A stretch of DNA of 64,000 bases from Schizochytrium sp. TIO01. Its lineage: Eukaryota > Protista > Bigyra: Labyrinthulomycetes. Position numbers and translations under genes: made by a program. The stretch is from assembly GCA_004764695.1 (NCBI GenBank), contig SMSO01000037.1, forward strand, positions 3,944,747 to 4,008,746, read 5' to 3'. Shown piece by piece: positions 63,529 to 64,000 of this stretch; positions within the stretch are counted from its first letter, which is position 1; each line of letters starts with the position of its first letter. The notes below the pieces were generated by a model that did not search any database, was not told the origin of the DNA, and was given only the letters and a program-made list of their open reading frames with translations.

Positions 63529-63887
63529 CTGCAATGTAAATCTCGTTTGGGCTCAAAATTGCACGAATGAAACTTTTGTCCTCTTAAAGCAAGAAGGTGT
63601 GCCTTGCTCTCGCAAACTTCCAAAGCAGCCTCTAACTGCTTTTTGTTATACCTAAAAGAGCTCGTTGATCGACTCACGAGCAGTTAGTTGTAAGCAGCAC
63701 AGCTAGAGTGAGCGAGTAAGTAAGCGCAGAGCTAGCTCGACTGATGAAAAGGCTTTGTTCTACTCGCTTCGAAATCTCGGTCCAACGCGCGTGCCGTCGC
63801 ACTTTTTCTTTAGGTATTTGGGTTTACCTCTTCAAAGAACAGCTATAGTGTGTTCCCTCGACTCACCCAAGTTCAACTTTTACTTAC
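63529..63887 (-). other. Putative 5'UTR intron of paralogue C
   Basis: GTAAGT donor at 63887 (alternative GTGAGT at 63866 and 63677) and tttacattgcAG acceptor ending 63529, ~40 nt before the ATG. Confidence 0.45.
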
Positions 63888-64000
63888 GTAAATGTAGTGT
63901 AAAACTTCTATGAGTATGCTGCTTGCTCTACTGTGCAGAAGATGCTGCGGTTTTTTGAAACAACAGCACAGCGTCGTCCCAGACCGATCGGTACTCAAGC

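Overview
Eukaryotic, gene-poor window. Intronless CDSs, GTAAGT-type donors, acaATG start contexts and abundant microsatellites suggest a protist; a stramenopile or thraustochytrid is my inference only. There are four credible protein-coding loci in 64 kb. Three are paralogues (2156-4369 +, 37519-38874 +, 61580-63490 -) sharing a highly conserved ~200-230 aa C-terminal domain (DLNPR, WCDQGNAH, VNPRTIQVAHALA, FYY, LGLHKHIY, WLVRYFVKG) behind unrelated acidic and Q/H/P/S-rich disordered N-termini. They look like a clustered, uncharacterised transcription-factor family whose motif order resembles WOPR (Gti1/Pac2) and CG-1 DNA-binding domains. The fourth locus (56388-60047 -) appears to be one ~1219-aa gene split by two compensating 1-nt frameshifts. 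It encodes a piggyBac-like transposase with an embedded YqaJ/lambda-exonuclease-like domain and apparently lost catalytic residues, so it may be domesticated. Non-coding stretches of ~33 kb and ~17 kb separate these genes. They hold decayed copia-type retrotransposon copies (~5.1-9.7 kb, 53.8-55.7 kb), a decayed piggyBac-like transposase (~12.9-13.9 kb), microsatellites and alternating GC-rich/AT-rich blocks. All family assignments are by-eye motif recognition, not database searches.
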